From a virus: 64,000 bases of DNA. The DNA lies in the IMG/VR virus record IMGVR_UViG_3300028392_000041, positions 47,828-111,827 of that record; one strand, given 5' to 3'. Numbering within the stretch: the stretch's first letter is position 1; every line of letters begins with the position of its first letter. The position numbers and the translations under genes are program-made. This document shows, piece by piece, positions 29,070-36,911 of the stretch. The notes beneath the pieces are model-generated. The model was not told where the DNA came from, made no database searches, and worked only from the letters and a program-made list of their open reading frames with translations.

Positions 29070-29655
29070 TCGATAATCCAAGTATAGGTCTTTTATCAAA
29101 TTTAAAATCAGCGTAAATTCCATTGGCATCAACATAGTGCAGAAACACCTGTATTTGTTTCTTACCATTATATTGGTTTCTCCAATGTTTTAGTTTATCT
29201 CCACTATAAACAACCATTGTTCCAACTGGTAATACTAAAGCACTTGTCGCACCAGCAAGATTTTCCATCCAAATTTCCCATGGTCCAGTTTCATCAACTT
29301 CTATGGTAATGGTAGCTGAGTATTGGCAAGATGGTCTGTCAGTGTGTGCTGCCATCGTTGCTTCATTATAGTAAATTCTACTATAAGAATAGGCTGGGTA
29401 TAATGTTTTACCTGTTACTTGTTCAATGATTGGCTGTAGTTGAATTAACAGTGCTTCAGTTGCAATGGCGCCATACCAAGCAAAAGATTTATCCACTTGT
29501 CTGTCTCCGAATGCATATTTATTATTTTGATCTGCGTTTTTTGTGAAATATACTAAATCTTTTACCAACTCCAATTCAATTGCCAAATGTTCAGCTGTTT
29601 GTTTACTGAGTGCTTCATGAACAACTTCGTAACCAAGTTCATCAAATGTTTTCAT
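29062..29655 (-). CDS. 2OG-Fe(II) oxygenase-like
   Basis: YSYSRIY, HTDRPSC.YS, HWR, QVFLHY. Confidence 0.8.
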   Translation of the reverse strand: MKTFDELGYEVVHEALSKQTAEHLAIELELVKDLVYFTKNADQNNKYAFGDRQVDKSFAWYGAIATEALLIQLQPIIEQVTGKTLYPAYSYSRIYYNEATMAAHTDRPSCQYSATITIEVDETGPWEIWMENLAGATSALVLPVGTMVVYSGDKLKHWRNQYNGKKQIQVFLHYVDANGIYADFKFDKRPILGLSNV

Positions 29656-30266
29656 TTTGTTTTTTCAATAAAATTAAAATTAATGACAACTCTTCTATCA
29701 GTATCCACTGGATTGGTGCTAGAGTGATATTGCCAACCATCAAAAATAACCATCTTATTTGCTTTTGGTGTTACTGTTTCTTTTACAGTTACATTTTTGT
29801 TTAACACAGTATTATAATATATTTGAGATTGATTTTCAGTCAAATCGCCACCAATATCTTTAAACATCTCATTATAAAACAATGTGTCGCCATCGCTGTC
29901 ATTTACATAAATCAATCCAGTTTTATGTGGAAATGGCCAATCAACATGTGGTGTATCGATATGATATTTTTCTTTTGATGTTATCATCCCAAGTCTAATT
30001 CTAATTAATGTTTCAACTTCAATATTTTGTGCGTCAAGAGCAGTTAAAATTGCTGTAAATAGTGGAGAGCATAAGTCCGATGTTGGCTTACCATCATGAA
30101 CAGCATGCATAAAACTGTAATTATATTTGTCGTATTTTTCTCCATTTTCGTAGGCAGTTTTTCCATAGTACCAAGGAAGATATCGATCCATAATTTTATC
30201 TTCAAGATATTTAAATGTTGAAGGACTAAAAGCATTCTCAACAATAATCATTTTATACTCTTTCAA
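29652..30266 (-). CDS. 2OG-Fe(II) oxygenase-like
   Basis: PHVD, YVNDSDGDT, FDG..YHSS..P...R.VINFN. Confidence 0.82.
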   Translation of the reverse strand: MKEYKMIIVENAFSPSTFKYLEDKIMDRYLPWYYGKTAYENGEKYDKYNYSFMHAVHDGKPTSDLCSPLFTAILTALDAQNIEVETLIRIRLGMITSKEKYHIDTPHVDWPFPHKTGLIYVNDSDGDTLFYNEMFKDIGGDLTENQSQIYYNTVLNKNVTVKETVTPKANKMVIFDGWQYHSSTNPVDTDRRVVINFNFIEKTK

Positions 30267-30798
30267 ATTTAATGTTAAACTCTAGAGCAACTTTATCTGT
30301 TTCTGATTTATTTTCTTCTTCCCCACGAGGTAACCAAGCAGGAAACAAAATAAGTTTACCAACTTCTGGAGTGAATCCAACATCATACTGATAAGAAGTT
30401 GGGTACCAGTTTCTTGAATTCACGAATGGATTTTCAACAAAAAACATTCCGTCGTTTCCTGTTGTTTTAAAATAATAAACACCAGAAATATCTGCTTCTT
30501 GTTCAGAAGAATATGACTCAACCTTTTCTCCTGGTTTAACTACACGGAATGAACTCATGTATCCAAAACTTAATGGCTTTTCTGGTTTAAATCCAATGTC
30601 AGATTTTATTTCTTTTAAATAGGAAAAAACATGCGTCATAGCATGTAATCTAAAATTATTAAGAGAATGTTGATCAATAATATTACCAGAAAAATCGTTT
30701 GAGTCGTACGCATCAGAAAGTTCTTTCTGAACAACACCAAGGAACTCATTATCAATTCTTGATGTATATATTTGTGTACCAAACCAATTGTCAATCAT
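30253..30798 (-). CDS. Degenerate TIGR02466-like oxygenase (metal ligands lost)
   Basis: ISGVYY and GKLILFPAWL retained; HxH and distal H absent. Confidence 0.65.
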   Translation of the reverse strand: MIDNWFGTQIYTSRIDNEFLGVVQKELSDAYDSNDFSGNIIDQHSLNNFRLHAMTHVFSYLKEIKSDIGFKPEKPLSFGYMSSFRVVKPGEKVESYSSEQEADISGVYYFKTTGNDGMFFVENPFVNSRNWYPTSYQYDVGFTPEVGKLILFPAWLPRGEEENKSETDKVALEFNIKFERV

Positions 30799-30806
30799 AG
30801 CATTTC

Positions 30807-32000
30807 CTATTTAAAATAATTATATCCGAAGTTTGTATCTAATGTTACCAGATGTCTAGGCGACCAACCCCATGTTGGTTCAAGTGCCCAAAGTTTGTTT
30901 CTTGTATATCTCTGCATAACAGGGCGAATCTCTAAAAATTCTTTACACTTAAACAATTTCTCTGACTCTGATTTAATAACTCTCTGCCAAAATGGTGTAT
31001 CATAAACAGAACCACCATGGTAATGATATGATATCATGTTAGCAATTCCCTCTGCTGTTCTAACAAAATCTGCGTTGGCTTTCTCTTTATTGGTGTTACC
31101 CAATATGTAGTCGAATGCCAATCGATTGATTCTGTCGTATAGGAATCCAGAGTTTGCAAACAATGGTTCCATAAACGCAGCAGAGTTGCCATTCTTAATT
31201 ATTCTTTTGCCAATAAACTCTTTTTTCCAGTAGAAGTTAAAAGTATACTCTATTTTCTGTAGTTCGTCAAGTGGAACATCAATTTCTTTTGCAAAATTTT
31301 CTCTGGCTTGTTCAACTGTTGTATCATTGTCATTAAACAAGTAACCATAACTGGTTCTGCTCAGAAGAGGAATAGTAAACATCCAGCCATCCTTGGTTGC
31401 TGTATGTCCAGTCCATGTTGGTTCATATTTTGTTGCGATAACAGTTTTCTTGTTGTGCACCAAAGCATGGTTCACTGGCGCATCAGTTATAACAGTATAT
31501 CCTTCATAAGATTTCGGAAATCCAGTACAATCAATAACATACTCAAATTGATGTTCAACTCCATTGATTTTCATAGTAACATAATCATCACTATCAACCA
31601 TGTCTGTTACAGTTCCAGTAATTTCTTTAAATTTTTGACCCCAAAGTTTAGGGAATCGCTCAAACGCAAATTCTTTTAATTTAAATGTATTAAGGTGTAT
31701 TGCTGCTGTTCCATTTAATAGTGGATTCTTAAACTCATTACCACGCCAGTTCTTATAGTGTGTTCCATATTTTAATGTTCCATCTAACAATTCTGAATCG
31801 CGAATTAAATCAAAATCTAAACCCCATTCTATCGCATTCGTAAATGTTGGGTTGGTGCTTTCACCAATCCCGACGATGGGAATATTATTATCGTAGATTG
31901 AAGTAATTTCCCAGTCTTCGTTTAACCAAGAAAGAAAATGACATAGTGCCTGAATACCTGCGGTGCCAATCCCAATTACTGCCAGTTTTCTGTTATACAT
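30807..32000 (-). CDS. Flavin-dependent tryptophan halogenase-like protein
   Basis: GIGTAG, GIGEST, IDCTGF, GWMFTIPL..R...GY, GNSAAFMEPL. Confidence 0.82.
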   Translation of the reverse strand: MYNRKLAVIGIGTAGIQALCHFLSWLNEDWEITSIYDNNIPIVGIGESTNPTFTNAIEWGLDFDLIRDSELLDGTLKYGTHYKNWRGNEFKNPLLNGTAAIHLNTFKLKEFAFERFPKLWGQKFKEITGTVTDMVDSDDYVTMKINGVEHQFEYVIDCTGFPKSYEGYTVITDAPVNHALVHNKKTVIATKYEPTWTGHTATKDGWMFTIPLLSRTSYGYLFNDNDTTVEQARENFAKEIDVPLDELQKIEYTFNFYWKKEFIGKRIIKNGNSAAFMEPLFANSGFLYDRINRLAFDYILGNTNKEKANADFVRTAEGIANMISYHYHGGSVYDTPFWQRVIKSESEKLFKCKEFLEIRPVMQRYTRNKLWALEPTWGWSPRHLVTLDTNFGYNYFK

Positions 32001-32586
32001 GTAATCCCTTAATTGTCATTACATCGATGTTTATAATACATCGAACATTATTTTTAGGTTGTTCCGCTGTATGATACATACTACCATCAAACAAAACAAC
32101 CCTACCTTGTTTCGGTGTTATTCTTTGAACTAAATCGTGATCTTCTATACTACATCCAGTTTCTAAAACACCATTCTCTTTATACTTAGATGAAATTAAA
32201 GTATCACCATCAGAATCAAACACATAGTATAAAATAACTAGATGATCGATATGCGTGTCTATGTGTAAATCGTCCAGCTTCTTTGGAAGAAAATCTTGAT
32301 TTAATGGGAGTTGAAGAAACGATCTTGCCCTTAGAACGGAAGATGTTTGAATTCCTGCTTGCTCGCAACCATAATGCACCAGAGGAGCAAAGAAATTCCA
32401 ATGTGGACTACAGACAGTACCATTTTCGGCAACAAAAACATGCCTAAATCCAGGAGAATTATTGATAACTTTCGTTGGGTCAGTTATGTCGTGAGTATAG
32501 TACCAACCAAACTCATTACTTCTTACGAGCTGTTTTATGTGCTCTTGATACGATACTGGGATAAAATTGTCAATTATTTTAATCAT
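31993..32586 (-). CDS. 2OG-Fe(II) oxygenase-like
   Basis: HID, YYV.DSDGDT, PK.GR.VLFDG..YH. Confidence 0.82.
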   Translation of the reverse strand: MIKIIDNFIPVSYQEHIKQLVRSNEFGWYYTHDITDPTKVINNSPGFRHVFVAENGTVCSPHWNFFAPLVHYGCEQAGIQTSSVLRARSFLQLPLNQDFLPKKLDDLHIDTHIDHLVILYYVFDSDGDTLISSKYKENGVLETGCSIEDHDLVQRITPKQGRVVLFDGSMYHTAEQPKNNVRCIINIDVMTIKGLHV

Positions 32587-32589
32587 TAG

Positions 32590-33156
32590 TCATTCAACAT
32601 AATTAAGCCAACCAGTAATTATATATTTTTCCTGAGTTGGTGAAGTAATTCCTCTGTGAGTAAATGTCCAATCTGCTGGCCAAATCAATGTTAAACCTTT
32701 TTCTGGTTTAATTTTTATTTTTTGATGGAAAAATTCTGTTTCTCCTCCATCAGTAACAGTATTTAGATATGTCATAAAGACCAAATGTCTTGAACAATGT
32801 GGTTCTTTAGTTTTTGCTCGTTCAGTATGCCAAGCAACGAACCCTTCATTTGGTTTATAGTGTTGTACATTTGCTGCTTGTATAACTTTGAACGGAGAAT
32901 AGTGATTACAAAATGGATATTCTTTTATATACTCATCAATAGATTTTTGTAAATAATTACTATATTCTTTTATTATATCACCACTGAGCATTACATCAGT
33001 GCTTTGTTTAATCGACTTGTCAACACCAGCAGTAACTTTTCCAGGTAACTTATCTGGACTGTCTTTATGAAATTTAATAAGTTGGTCTATAAGAGTAGTA
33101 TCGTTGTACCAGCCACCAATAAAATTATAAAGTTGATTTACTGAATGTGAAAGCAT
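32590..33156 (-). CDS. 2OG-Fe(II) oxygenase (prolyl-4-hydroxylase-like)
   Basis: WHTE, MTYLN.V.DGGETEF, WPA.WTFTHRG, KYIITGW. Confidence 0.88.
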   Translation of the reverse strand: MLSHSVNQLYNFIGGWYNDTTLIDQLIKFHKDSPDKLPGKVTAGVDKSIKQSTDVMLSGDIIKEYSNYLQKSIDEYIKEYPFCNHYSPFKVIQAANVQHYKPNEGFVAWHTERAKTKEPHCSRHLVFMTYLNTVTDGGETEFFHQKIKIKPEKGLTLIWPADWTFTHRGITSPTQEKYIITGWLNYVE

Positions 33157-33164
33157 AATATATT

Positions 33165-33238
33165 TGGTTGCGGAGGGCGGAATCGAACCACCAACTGAAG
33201 CATATGAAACTTCTGAGATACCGTTTCTCTACTCCGCG
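33165..33238 (-). tRNA. tRNA-Met(CAT), initiator-like (C1xA72) but lacking the 3 G-C anticodon pairs
   Basis: Cloverleaf folded by hand; CCA encoded. Confidence 0.8.
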
Positions 33239-33243
33239 ATTGT

Positions 33244-33516
33244 TTAATATAATTTTTCAGGTAATTGTTGAGAACGAATCTGCTTGCGCCATCTTGCCTT
33301 TGCTCTACCCTTTGCCAACTTTCTTTGAATAGATGGTTTAAGATATTCCTGACGATCGCGAAGTTCTTGCAATAGACCATTCGCTTCAATCTTACGCTTG
33401 AACAGACGCAGTGCTTGTTCAAATCTACCATCTTGAACTTCTACCTTACTGCCATCGTAGCGTTTCTCTCGATGTTTACCTCTGCCGTATTCTTTTTGCC
33501 TTTGCGGTATTGTCAA
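33244..33516 (-). CDS. rpsU: Ribosomal protein bS21 with N-terminal extension
   Basis: V.V....FEQALRLFKRK....GLL.ELR.RQ.Y.KPS..RK; AGGAG SD before TTG. Confidence 0.9.
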   Translation of the reverse strand: MTIPQRQKEYGRGKHREKRYDGSKVEVQDGRFEQALRLFKRKIEANGLLQELRDRQEYLKPSIQRKLAKGRAKARWRKQIRSQQLPEKLY

Positions 33517-33534
33517 ACTATTCTCCTAAAATTT

Positions 33535-33610
33535 TGGTGCCCCTCGACAGATTCGAACTGCCGACCTTCGCATTACTAATGCGCTGCTCTACCAACTGAG
33601 CCAGAGGGGC
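33535..33610 (-). tRNA. tRNA-Thr(AGT)
   Basis: GCGCA-TT AGT AA-TGCGA; Thr-type body; CCA. Confidence 0.88.
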
Positions 33611-33621
33611 GAGTAAAGTAT

Positions 33622-34248
33622 TTATACGATTCTCATTGTGTTTATTGAACACTTAGTAAGCGCATAATTAAAACTTAATGAAATCCTACACTCATCTGTA
33701 TCTGTTGTAAATCTATCAGTACAATGTTCTAACCAACTGGGAAACAGAAGCATCAAAGCGAACTCTGGTTTGTATTTCCATGCCCTGTATGAGATTGGGG
33801 ATTCTTTTATAAAATTTCCATGCTGCATCATTTTTGCTGGTCTTGGATCTATAAAAGATATATCGCCTATATCTTTGTCAGCTGGAACATTTAAGTAAAC
33901 AACACCTGATAAAAATGAATTTGGGTGTTGATGTGTTCTGTGTCCATTTCCAGTATTTCCAATTTGAGAATTACTCCACATACAAGAAAGACTCAAAGAA
34001 TTTTGTTCTAGTCCCAATGCTTCTGTTGAGAATGATTGAACTTCATTATCAATGTGTTTAACTAATTCTTTAAATTGTGATAGTGTGTTTAGATTATCTT
34101 TGGTGCTTCCTGATAAACTTTTAGAAAGAGATTCTTTATCAAGAAGTTTTTGAACTTCTTGTTTTGCAGTTGAACATACACTATGATCTAGATTCGAGAT
34201 CCCAATAGGTGTAGCAAATAAATTATCAACTCTTCTATGCATAATATT
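33622..34248 (-). CDS. Putative 2OG-Fe(II) oxygenase (TIGR02466-like)
   Basis: HQHPNSFLSGVVY, F.DPRP, FPSWLEH, RISLSFN. Confidence 0.87.
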   Translation of the reverse strand, partial: NIMHRRVDNLFATPIGISNLDHSVCSTAKQEVQKLLDKESLSKSLSGSTKDNLNTLSQFKELVKHIDNEVQSFSTEALGLEQNSLSLSCMWSNSQIGNTGNGHRTHQHPNSFLSGVVYLNVPADKDIGDISFIDPRPAKMMQHGNFIKESPISYRAWKYKPEFALMLLFPSWLEHCTDRFTTDTDECRISLSFNYALTKCSINTMRIV

Positions 34249-34250
34249 CA

Positions 34251-34398
34251 ATTAGTTTAGTGCTATCGTGCCGATTTGCCAAAAATGTAGCTAACACTGG
34301 CGAGCGAGTGGCAGTTATATCAGACAGTGTCAGTCGCACCCTAACTGTCGAGTAGTCATAGCGTCCTATGACGATTACCTTGATAACACTAAACTAAT
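34251..34398 (-). ncRNA. Unidentified structured RNA (about 148 nt) 3' of tRNA-Gly
   Basis: 17-bp closing helix with one U-G pair on the - strand; internal hairpins; no credible ORF. Confidence 0.7.
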
Positions 34399-34471
34399 GG
34401 AGCGGGATATCAGAATCGAACTGATGACGAAAGATTGGAAATCTCTAGTTTTGCCATTAAACTAATCCCGC
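34398..34471 (-). tRNA. tRNA-Gly(TCC)
   Basis: Cloverleaf; U73; CCA. Confidence 0.9.
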
Positions 34472-34472
34472 A

Positions 34473-34708
34473 AATGCTTCCTGTCCGTCGTGGTAATTAT
34501 AGTACATCAGGATTTAGTTGGTTGTCTCTCATATCCATCACGCATACCCTCCACCCACTCGCCACGGACAGAACTCTCGTGTTGCCAACGCTGGTTAGGT
34601 CGACCCATGATTTTACTCATGCCCTATTCAAAGGGAGAACCATCCTACTGATAGCCAATCAGTTTCTCTCATGCGGATCACATTAGCAGTGGTTAGCTGC
34701 GAGCCCAT
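34473..34708 (-). ncRNA. Unidentified structured RNA (about 235 nt) with own sigma70 promoter
   Basis: TTGACA-N17-TATAAT at 34743-34715; several hairpins and a long CTGTCCGT/ACGGACAG helix. Confidence 0.6.
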
Positions 34709-34759
34709 ATAGTAATTATACCCGACTTATACTAAAATGTCAAATCGAATGCAATTATT

Positions 34760-34835
34760 TGGAGTAGGTGACAGGAATCGAACCTGCATTATTCAGATTT
34801 GCAATCTGCTGCCTAGCCATTCAGCGCACACCTAC
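34760..34835 (-). tRNA. tRNA-Cys(GCA)
   Basis: Cloverleaf; U73; CCA. Confidence 0.88.
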
Positions 34836-35386
34836 ATTAACCTTACTCTGCTGTGTTTAGGAACACCCGATAACAAGTAATCCATTTGATCAGCAAGAAT
34901 TTGTCTGTTTTCTAAAATCATTCTTTCGTAGTGGTTTGGTTCGTACGGAACATATAAAAGTTCCATATTTGCTTTCTCTAGTGACTTGCTACCTTTTTTG
35001 GCATTGCACTTCAAACAAGCAGTAACCACATTCATCCAGATATTCAGACCACCCTTTGAAACAGGATGAATATGATCTCTAGACAAATGACCAGAACCAT
35101 GTACATCACCGCAGTAAGCGCACATGTGTCTGTCTCTACCGAACAATGTTTTGTTTGTTAGAACAACTTTACCAATTCTTTCGATAGAGGTATTACCTTT
35201 TACGGCAATGATTGATTTAGTTTCTAGTACTGACTGTGTCCCATCGTTACGGTAGCCACCACGGTATGTCGCGATAGTTTCACCAAGCGACCAAACAACT
35301 TGGTCTTTGGCGTGGTAACAAATTGCATCATCAAAATTTACCCATGCTCTTGGTAAACCTGATGAGTCCAGTGCTAGAACATTCAT
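34832..35386 (-). CDS. HNH endonuclease (McrA-like) inside tRNA array
   Basis: RD.H.CAYCG...DHIHP.SKGG...W.NVVTAC..CN..K. Confidence 0.9.
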   Translation of the reverse strand: MNVLALDSSGLPRAWVNFDDAICYHAKDQVVWSLGETIATYRGGYRNDGTQSVLETKSIIAVKGNTSIERIGKVVLTNKTLFGRDRHMCAYCGDVHGSGHLSRDHIHPVSKGGLNIWMNVVTACLKCNAKKGSKSLEKANMELLYVPYEPNHYERMILENRQILADQMDYLLSGVPKHSRVRLM

Positions 35387-35417
35387 ATCATTCCCTTTCT
35401 TGTTCTACTATTTAGAT

Positions 35418-35494
35418 TGGTGTCCCCCAAGGGATTCGAACCCTCATCTTATCAATTATGAGTTGACAGCATTGACCAGTTATGCTAAAGGAAC
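35418..35494 (-). tRNA. tRNA(CAT), probably Ile2 (lysidine)
   Basis: Loop CT CAT AA; Ile2 versus Met is inference. Confidence 0.78.
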
Positions 35495-35496
35495 AT

Positions 35497-35573
35497 TGGT
35501 GCGGATACCGAGACTCGAACTCGGAGAACTCAGATTTTAAGTCTGATATGTATACCAATTCCATCATATCCGC
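35497..35573 (-). tRNA. tRNA-Leu(TAA), short variable arm
   Basis: Cloverleaf 77 nt; CCA. Confidence 0.88.
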
Positions 35574-35578
35574 AAACT

Positions 35579-35653
35579 TGGTGCCCCGAGAGGGAATTGA
35601 ACCCCCATAATGACTTTAGAAGAATCATGTCCTATCCATTGAACGATCGGGGC
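35579..35653 (-). tRNA. tRNA-Arg(TCT)
   Basis: Cloverleaf; CCA. Confidence 0.9.
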
Positions 35654-35660
35654 AATACAC

Positions 35661-35750
35661 TGGTGGAAGATCAGGGAGTCGAACCCTGTGAGCGTATTAC
35701 TACACTCTACGGATTAGCAATCCGCTGCATTACCATCCTGCCCATCTTCC
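35661..35750 (-). tRNA. tRNA-Ser(GCT)
   Basis: Long variable arm; CCA. Confidence 0.9.
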
Positions 35751-35755
35751 TAACT

Positions 35756-35829
35756 TGGCATCCCAGCAGGGACTTGAACCCCGACTAATAGTTTTGGAGA
35801 CTATCGTGCTGCCATTACACTACTGAGAT
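35756..35829 (-). tRNA. tRNA-Trp(CCA)
   Basis: Cloverleaf; G73; CCA. Confidence 0.9.
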
Positions 35830-35834
35830 ATATT

Positions 35835-35908
35835 TGGTGCCCCATGACAGAATCGAACTGCCGTAACCTGATTACAAAACAGGTGTAATACCATTATACT
35901 AATAGGGC
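35835..35908 (-). tRNA. tRNA-Thr(TGT)
   Basis: Cloverleaf; CCA. Confidence 0.9.
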
Positions 35909-35916
35909 AAAAATTT

Positions 35917-35991
35917 TGGTGGAGGATGGGAGGATCGAACTCCCACTTCATGCTTGCAAAGCACATGTGCTCCCATTATCACTAATCCCCC
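35917..35991 (-). tRNA. tRNA-Ala(TGC)
   Basis: G3-U70; CCA. Confidence 0.92.
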
Positions 35992-35997
35992 AAAACA

Positions 35998-36074
<77 letters not shown>

Positions 36075-36082
36075 AATAAAAC

Positions 36083-36157
36083 TGGCTCCGAAGGCAGGGA
36101 TCGAACCTGCGACCAATTGATTAACAGTCAACTGCACTACCGCTGTGCTACTTCGGA
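36083..36157 (-). tRNA. tRNA-Asn(GTT)
   Basis: U1-A72, G73; CCA. Confidence 0.92.
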
Positions 36158-36163
36158 ATATAC

Positions 36164-36238
36164 TGGAGCAGGATATCGGATTTGAACCGATGACATTTTC
36201 GTTGGCAACGAAACATTCTACCACTGAATTAATCCTGC
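36164..36238 (-). tRNA. tRNA-Gly(GCC)
   Basis: Cloverleaf; U73; CCA. Confidence 0.92.
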
Positions 36239-36247
36239 ATAAAAACT

Positions 36248-36322
36248 TGGTACCTTGTGACAGATTCGAACTGCCGACCTTCTCCGTGTAAAAGAGACAT
36301 TCTACCACTGAAATAACAAGGC
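36248..36322 (-). tRNA. tRNA-Val(TAC)
   Basis: Cloverleaf; CCA. Confidence 0.9.
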
Positions 36323-36325
36323 ATT

Positions 36326-36402
36326 TGGTACCGAGGGTGGGACTCGAACCCACAAGATTTAGTTTCTAAGACTAACATGTATACCAATTCCATCACCTCG
36401 GC
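36326..36402 (-). tRNA. tRNA-Leu(TAG), short variable arm
   Basis: Cloverleaf 77 nt; CCA. Confidence 0.88.
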
Positions 36403-36410
36403 ATTAACTA

Positions 36411-36488
36411 TGGTACCCCACCCCTGATTCGAACAGGGATACCTCTTCCTTTTGAGAGAAGCGACTTTACCAATTTGTCCAGTGGGGC
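36411..36488 (-). tRNA. tRNA-Leu(CAA), short variable arm
   Basis: Cloverleaf 78 nt; CCA. Confidence 0.87.
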
Positions 36489-36490
36489 AC

Positions 36491-36565
36491 TGGTACTCGG
36501 TGATGGTTACGATCCATCTACAGCTGCCTTATCAAGACAGTACCTCACCATTCGGTCTACCGAGT
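36491..36565 (-). tRNA. tRNA-Ile(GAT), non-canonical T-loop
   Basis: CTGTC-TT GAT AA-GGCAG; T-loop ATCGTAA; CCA. Confidence 0.8.
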
Positions 36566-36571
36566 ATAATA

Positions 36572-36660
36572 TGGAGGAAGGATGGTAGAATCGAACTCCA
36601 TGCGCTTTCGCACACCTTCTGCTTTCAAAACAGAGTCCAGCCCAGCTGAATTAACCTTCC
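36572..36660 (-). tRNA. tRNA-Ser(TGA), atypical (bulged T-stem, U73)
   Basis: TCTGT-TT TGA AA-GCAGA; long variable arm; CCA. Confidence 0.75.
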
Positions 36661-36665
36661 GTATC

Positions 36666-36740
36666 TGGTAGTGATAGTAGGATTCGAACCTACGATAACT
36701 TGCGTATGAAGCAAGCGCATTACCACTTTGCTATATCACT
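36666..36740 (-). tRNA. tRNA-Met(CAT), elongator-like
   Basis: Loop TT CAT AC; CCA. Confidence 0.85.
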
Positions 36741-36750
36741 AAAAACTTTT

Positions 36751-36824
36751 TGGGGTGACTAGTGGGAGTTGAACCCACACGAAGAGAATCACAATCTCTG
36801 ATGCTACCATTACATCATAGTCAC
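36751..36824 (-). tRNA. tRNA-His(GTG)
   Basis: C73; CCA; base at -1 is T rather than G. Confidence 0.87.
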
Positions 36825-36837
36825 ACCAAAAAGTTCT

Positions 36838-36911
36838 TGGTAGGGGCACAGAGAATCGAACTCTGATTTGTTGGTTAAAAGCCGACTACTTTTCCGTTAA
36901 GTTATACCCCC
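36838..36911 (-). tRNA. tRNA-Lys(TTT)
   Basis: Cloverleaf; CCA. Confidence 0.88.

Noticed and set aside
36572-36660. Selenocysteine or suppressor tRNA / recoded genetic code
   Set aside because: The anticodon is TGA (reads UCA, Ser), not TCA. No CTA/TTA/TCA anticodons were found, and core genes translate intact in code 11.
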